Source: Trichodesmium erythraeum IMS101 (lineage in GTDB: Bacteria > Cyanobacteriota > Cyanobacteriia > Cyanobacteriales > Microcoleaceae). Taken from it: 32,000 nt of DNA. The translations under genes were made by a program, and so were the position numbers. Within the stretch, counting starts at the first letter, position 1; every line of letters starts with the position of its first letter. The stretch covers positions 2,430,001 through 2,462,000 of the forward strand of contig NC_008312.1 of assembly GCF_000014265.1 (NCBI RefSeq), written 5' to 3'. Positions 27,665 to 32,000 of the stretch are shown here, one piece after another. The notes under the pieces were generated by a model. It saw only the letters and a program-made list of their open reading frames with translations, searched no databases and was not told the origin of the DNA.

Positions 27665-30611
27665 TAGAACTTTGAGTATTCGAGAGTGGAACAACTTTTG
27701 TTGAGATATTTCTCAAGTATTATCAAACATTTTCCCAAAAGATAATCTTAGATTCAGATGTAATTTATCTACCAAACTTTACTAGAATATGCTGCGTTTT
27801 AGAAATCCCTTAGTCTCGAATTTAAGAAATTACTGATACTGAATAATTTTTATAGTTTAAATATCAGTAAAAAAAAATTTAAGTATGAAACATTACGGCT
27901 CAAATTTACGGCTCAAACAAGTCAGTATGTTTTGAGATTTATTTTCTTATTTATTGACTTAATTTAATCTTACTAATTACTCAATTTTTAGCTAAACTCT
28001 TATATTGAGTTTTTTTATCATTAAACTAGAATTTTTATCAAATTTAAAAACTTATTGATTTTTAGTGGTACTCAGCAGGATATAAAATTAATTTTTGAGA
28101 AATGCGGGTAGTCCTTTGACCTGCATTAGATAACTTAGCATTTATCAAATAATTACAGTTCACAACCAAAATACTTCTAAGTATCAAAAAAGTACAAAGT
28201 CAAACTTGAAATGTCAAAGATCAAGAATTACTGAGAAAAGCTAAAGTTTTTATCATCAAATAGAACTTTGAGTATTCGAGAGTGGAACAACTTTTGTTGA
28301 GATATTTCTCAAGTATTATCAAACATTTTCCCAAAAGATAATCTTAGATTCAGATGTAATTTATCTACCAAACTTTACTAGAATATGCTGCGTTTTAGAA
28401 ATCTCTTAGTCTCGAATTTAAGAAATTCCTGATACTGAATAATTTTTATAGTTTAAATATCAGAAAAAAAAATTTAAGTATGAAACATTACGGCTCAAAT
28501 TTACGGCTCAAACAAGTCAGTATGTTTTGAGATTTATTTTCTTATTTATTGACTTAATTTAATCTTACTAATTACTCAATTTTTAGCTAAACTCTTATAT
28601 TGAGTTTTTTTATCATTAAACTAGAATTTTTATCAAATTTAAAAACTTATTGATTTTTAGTGGTACTCAGCAGGATATAAAATTAATTTTTGAGAAATGC
28701 GGGTAGTCCTTTGACCTGTATTAGATAACTTAGCATTTATCAAATAATTACAGTTCACAACCAAAATACTTCTCAGTATCAAAAAAGTACAAAGTCAAAC
28801 TTGAAATGTCAAAGATCAAGAATTACTGAGAAAAGCTAAAGTTTTTATCATCAAATAGAACTTTGAGTATTCGAGAGTGGAAAAACTTTTGTTTAAATAT
28901 TTCTCAAGTATTATCAAACATTTTCCCAAAAGATAATCTTAGATTCAGATGTAATTTATCTACCAAACTTTACTAGAATATGCTGCGTTTTAGAAATCTC
29001 TTAGTCTCGAATTTAAGAAATTCCTGATACTGAATAATTTTTATAGTTTAAATATCAGAAAAAAAAATTTAAGTATGAAACATTACGGCTCAAATTTACG
29101 GCTCAAACAAGTCAGTATGTTTTGAGATTTATTTTCTTATTTATTGACTTAATTTAATCTTACTAATTACTCAATTTTTAGCTAAACTCTTATATTGAGT
29201 TTTTTTGATCATTAAACTAGAATTTTTATCAAATTTAAAAACTTATTGATTTTTAGTGGTACTCAGCAGGATATAAAATTAATTTTTGAGAAATGCGGGT
29301 AGTCCTTTGACCTGTATTAGATAACTTAGCATTTATCAAATAATTACAGTTCACAACCAAAATACTTCTAAGTATCAAAAAAGTACAAAGTCAAACTTGA
29401 AATGTCAAAGATCAAGAATTACTGAGAAAAGCTAAAGTTTTTATCATCAAATAGAACTTTGAGTATTCGAGAGTGGAAAAACTTTTGTTTAAATATTTCT
29501 CAAGTATTATCAAACATTTTCCCAAAAGATAATCTTAGATTCAGATGTAATTTATCTACCAAACTTTACTAGAATATGCTGCGTTTTAGAAATCCCTTAG
29601 TCTCGAATTTAAGAAATTCCTGATACTCAATAATTTTTATAGTTTAAATATCAGAAAAAAAAATTTAAGTATGAAACATTACGGCTCAAATTTACGGCTC
29701 AAACAAGTCAGTATGTTTTGAGATTTATTTTCTTATTTATTGACTTAATTTAATCTTACTAATTACTCAATTTTTAGCTAAACTCTTATATTGAGTTTTT
29801 TTATCATTAAACTAGAATTTTTATCAAATTTAAAAACTTATTGATTTTTAGTGGTACTCAGCAGGATATAAAATTAATTTTTGAGAAATGCGGGTAGTCC
29901 TTTGACCTGCATTAGATAACTTAGCATTTATCAAATAATTACAGTTCACAACCAAAATACTTCTAAGTATCAAAAAAGTACAAAGTCAAACTTGAAATGT
30001 CAAAGACAAAGAATTACTGAGAAAAGCTAAAGTTTTTATCATCAAATAGAACTTTGAGTATTCGAGAGTGGAACAACTTTTGTTTAAATATTTCTCAAGT
30101 ATTATCAAACATTTTCCCAAAAGATAATCTTAGATTCAGATGTAATTTATCTACCAAACTTTACTAGAATAGGCTGCGTTTTAGAAATCCCTTAGTCTCG
30201 AATTTAAGAAATTCCTGATACTGAATAATTTTTATAGTTTAAATATCAGTAAAAAAATATTTAAGTATGAAACATTACGGCTCAAATTTACGGCTCAAAC
30301 AAGTCAGTATGTTTTGAGATTTATTTTCTTATTTATTGACTTAGTTTAATCTTACTAATTACTCAATTTTTAGCTAAACTCTTATATTGAGTTTTTTTTA
30401 TCATAAACTAGAATTTTTATCAAATTTAAAAACTTATTGATTTTTAGTGGTACTCAGCAGGATATAAAATTAATTTTTGAGAAATGCGGGTAGTCCTTTG
30501 ACCTGTATTAGATAACTTAGCATTTATCAAATAATTACAGTTCACAACCAAAATACTTCTAAGTATCAAAAAAGTACAAAGTCAAACTTGAAATGTCAAA
30601 GATAAAGAATT
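27631..30611. repeat. tandem array of a 595/596-bp unit x5.0 (about 2.98 kb), near-identical copies, non-coding
   Basis: The landmark attactgagaaaagctaaag recurs at 27631, 28227, 28822, 29418 and 30013, and homology ends near 30611. Copies differ by only a handful of SNPs or 1-nt indels. The ORF track shows no ORF of 60 aa or more on either strand between 27411 and 31403. Confidence 0.95.
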
Positions 30612-30960
30612 GATGTATAATCAAACATCAAGTTATAAAATAGCTGTAAAAAAATCAGATTAAAAAAGAGATAAGAGGAGATAGGGATACTAATGCTTAT
30701 TGTTTTACCTTCTTCTCGTATTACGTATCCGATGCTATGAATACTCAATTTGTGCCCTTGATGAATCAACCTATTAAAATCTGAATTTGGCCAAACTCAA
30801 AATTATTTTTTTTAGTTAATAGTTAGGCGATCGCTATTTAGGTGTTAAATACTAGGTTTTAGGTTTTAGTTCTAAAAATTAATAAGTTGATAATATCTTA
30901 CTACCAAATCTATTGATTTTGGCCCGTTAAATCTCGATAACTTTTTACTTCAATCATTTT

Positions 30961-31025
30961 CTATCTTTGCTATCTACCACTAAACCACCAAAGCTACTAA
31001 CTATCTTTGCTATCTACCACTAAAC
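30961..31025. repeat. 25-bp direct repeat (ctatctttgctatctaccactaaac) x2 with a 15-bp spacer
   Basis: Copies at 30961-30985 and 31001-31025 are read directly. Confidence 0.85.
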
Positions 31026-31564
31026 AACTGAACCAGTAAGCTTAATAAAACTTAACATATTTGGCAGTACTAATGGTTAGTTAGCAAAACAATAACACTT
31101 AGTAAAACTATGTATTGAAAAAGAATAACTAAAAAATTCTCTGATAGCAGTCGAGGCTTTAAACCCAATTTTTCAGTAAATAATACTATTTCGGAAAAAC
31201 TCTTCTATCTGTACTATTTATTGGGGGTAAAGATATTGCATAGATCATCGAGTTGGGTTGTGGGAGTAGGGAAATTGGATAAAGACATCCGGACAACTTA
31301 ATAATAATTAATATACTCGGGGGAGTGCTAGCTACTAAAAAAGTTGTTTGGTCTGTATTAATTACTTAATAATTACAAAGTAACCTGACTGTAGCATTAT
31401 TTTCAGGAATTGATGTAACAAAGTTTATTTTTACCCAGGATGACTAACATTGAAAAAAAGAAAAACTTAAAGTATGGTAGCCTGAAAGCTGTATAAAAAT
31501 CCCTATACTCTAGCCCAAGACTAACAGATGAATTAATAAAAAAGCTCAGTGTGGAGTCAAGAAA

Positions 31565-32000
31565 GTGAAACAGCAAATTCAATTTAGTGGTGGACTTTTG
31601 ACTGGAGTTGCGGCTATAATTATGGCCCAGACCCCAGCTTTTGCAGTAACCAAAATAACCCAAGTTAAGTTAAATTCAGTAGATGGAGGAATTAATATCC
31701 TCTTATCTACTAGTAATGGCGATCGCCCGGAAGTATTCTCAGTCAACAGAGATAACTCTTTTGTGGCAGACATAATTAATACTCAACTAACCCTACCCCA
31801 GGGCAATAAATTTCGGAAAGATAATCCAGCTCCTGGTATAGAATATGTAGAAGTAATACAGGTGGATGCTAATAGCGTGCGGGTAGTTATCCGAGGTACA
31901 GACAGTCCTCCTAGAGGTAGAATTATCCAAGGAGCAGGCCAAGGAATTATTCTTAGTGTGGCTGCTAGCTCAGGAGAAATAGCTCAAAGACCTCAACCTA
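31565..32000 (+). CDS. pilQ: type IV pilus secretin PilQ, N-terminal part (signal peptide plus AMIN domain); runs off the window end
   Basis: The frame is open from GTG 31565 to the window edge, with GGAG 8 nt upstream; the ORF track misses it because there is no stop. The translation is VKQQIQFSGGLLTGVAAIIMAQTPAFA/VTKITQVKLNSVDGGINILLSTSNGDRPEVFSVNRDNSFVADIINTQL...VEVIQVDANSVRVVIRG. This is a signal peptide followed by the AMIN-domain pattern usual at the start of cyanobacterial PilQ. Confidence 0.7.
   Translation, partial: MKQQIQFSGGLLTGVAAIIMAQTPAFAVTKITQVKLNSVDGGINILLSTSNGDRPEVFSVNRDNSFVADIINTQLTLPQGNKFRKDNPAPGIEYVEVIQVDANSVRVVIRGTDSPPRGRIIQGAGQGIILSVAASSGEIAQRPQP

Noticed and set aside
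27825-27870. The hairpin ctgata...tatcag followed by an A-run inside the array units, considered as a terminator
   Set aside because: The stem is only 6 bp with a large AT loop. On the + strand the run is A rather than T, and on the - strand the T-run precedes the hairpin. It is therefore not an intrinsic terminator in either orientation.
27884-27934. A small ORF inside each 595-bp unit (MKHYGSNLRLKQVSMF, 16 aa)
   Set aside because: It is very short and has no Shine-Dalgarno sequence. It spans the 12-nt internal duplication. There is no basis to call it coding.
27455-30611. A possible CRISPR array, given the large regular repeat region
   Set aside because: The units are 595 bp (and 105 bp) and contiguous. 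There are no 25-40-bp repeats alternating with unique spacers, and no cas genes in the window.
31403-31773. Minus-strand ORFs at 31403..31663 and 31579..31773
   Set aside because: Both overlap the open plus-strand frame, which encodes a convincing signal peptide plus AMIN domain (pilQ). They are shadow ORFs.

Overview
AT-rich window (roughly one-third GC by eye) with at least 13 HIP1 octamers (GCGATCGC), which points to a cyanobacterial chromosome. Coding density is low and the non-coding tracts are long, as in Trichodesmium-like filamentous marine cyanobacteria; this attribution is an inference, not a search result.

Gene content in order:
- sppA
- a GDYXXLXY membrane protein
- an orphan PD-(D/E)XK-like gene
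- an HlyD-type adaptor plus an RND pump
- a DUF2157-like membrane protein
- an isolated two-gene cassette (12.46-15.64 kb)
- a 2H-phosphoesterase gene divergent from a yciI-like gene
- the SRP RNA (ffs)
- a phasin-like gene, then rsmI, folC and a sugar-type ABC binding lipoprotein
- pilM, pilN and pilO
- about 6 kb of non-coding DNA holding an IS630 element and a 595-bp x 5 tandem array
- the 5' end of pilQ

The best candidate for an undescribed system is the 12.46-15.64 kb cassette. A small HEPN-like protein is translationally coupled to a 909-aa protein that fuses a KGGVGR-variant ParA/MinD-like NTPase to a second GKT P-loop (STAND/AAA-like) module. About 880 bp of non-coding DNA flanks it on each side.

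Other notable structure:
- the near-identical 595-bp tandem array with no ORFs
- matched 78-bp in-frame repeat expansions on both arms of the adaptor coiled coil
- an 11-bp x 5 phased repeat in a promoter region

All functional calls come from motif recognition by eye. No database search was run.
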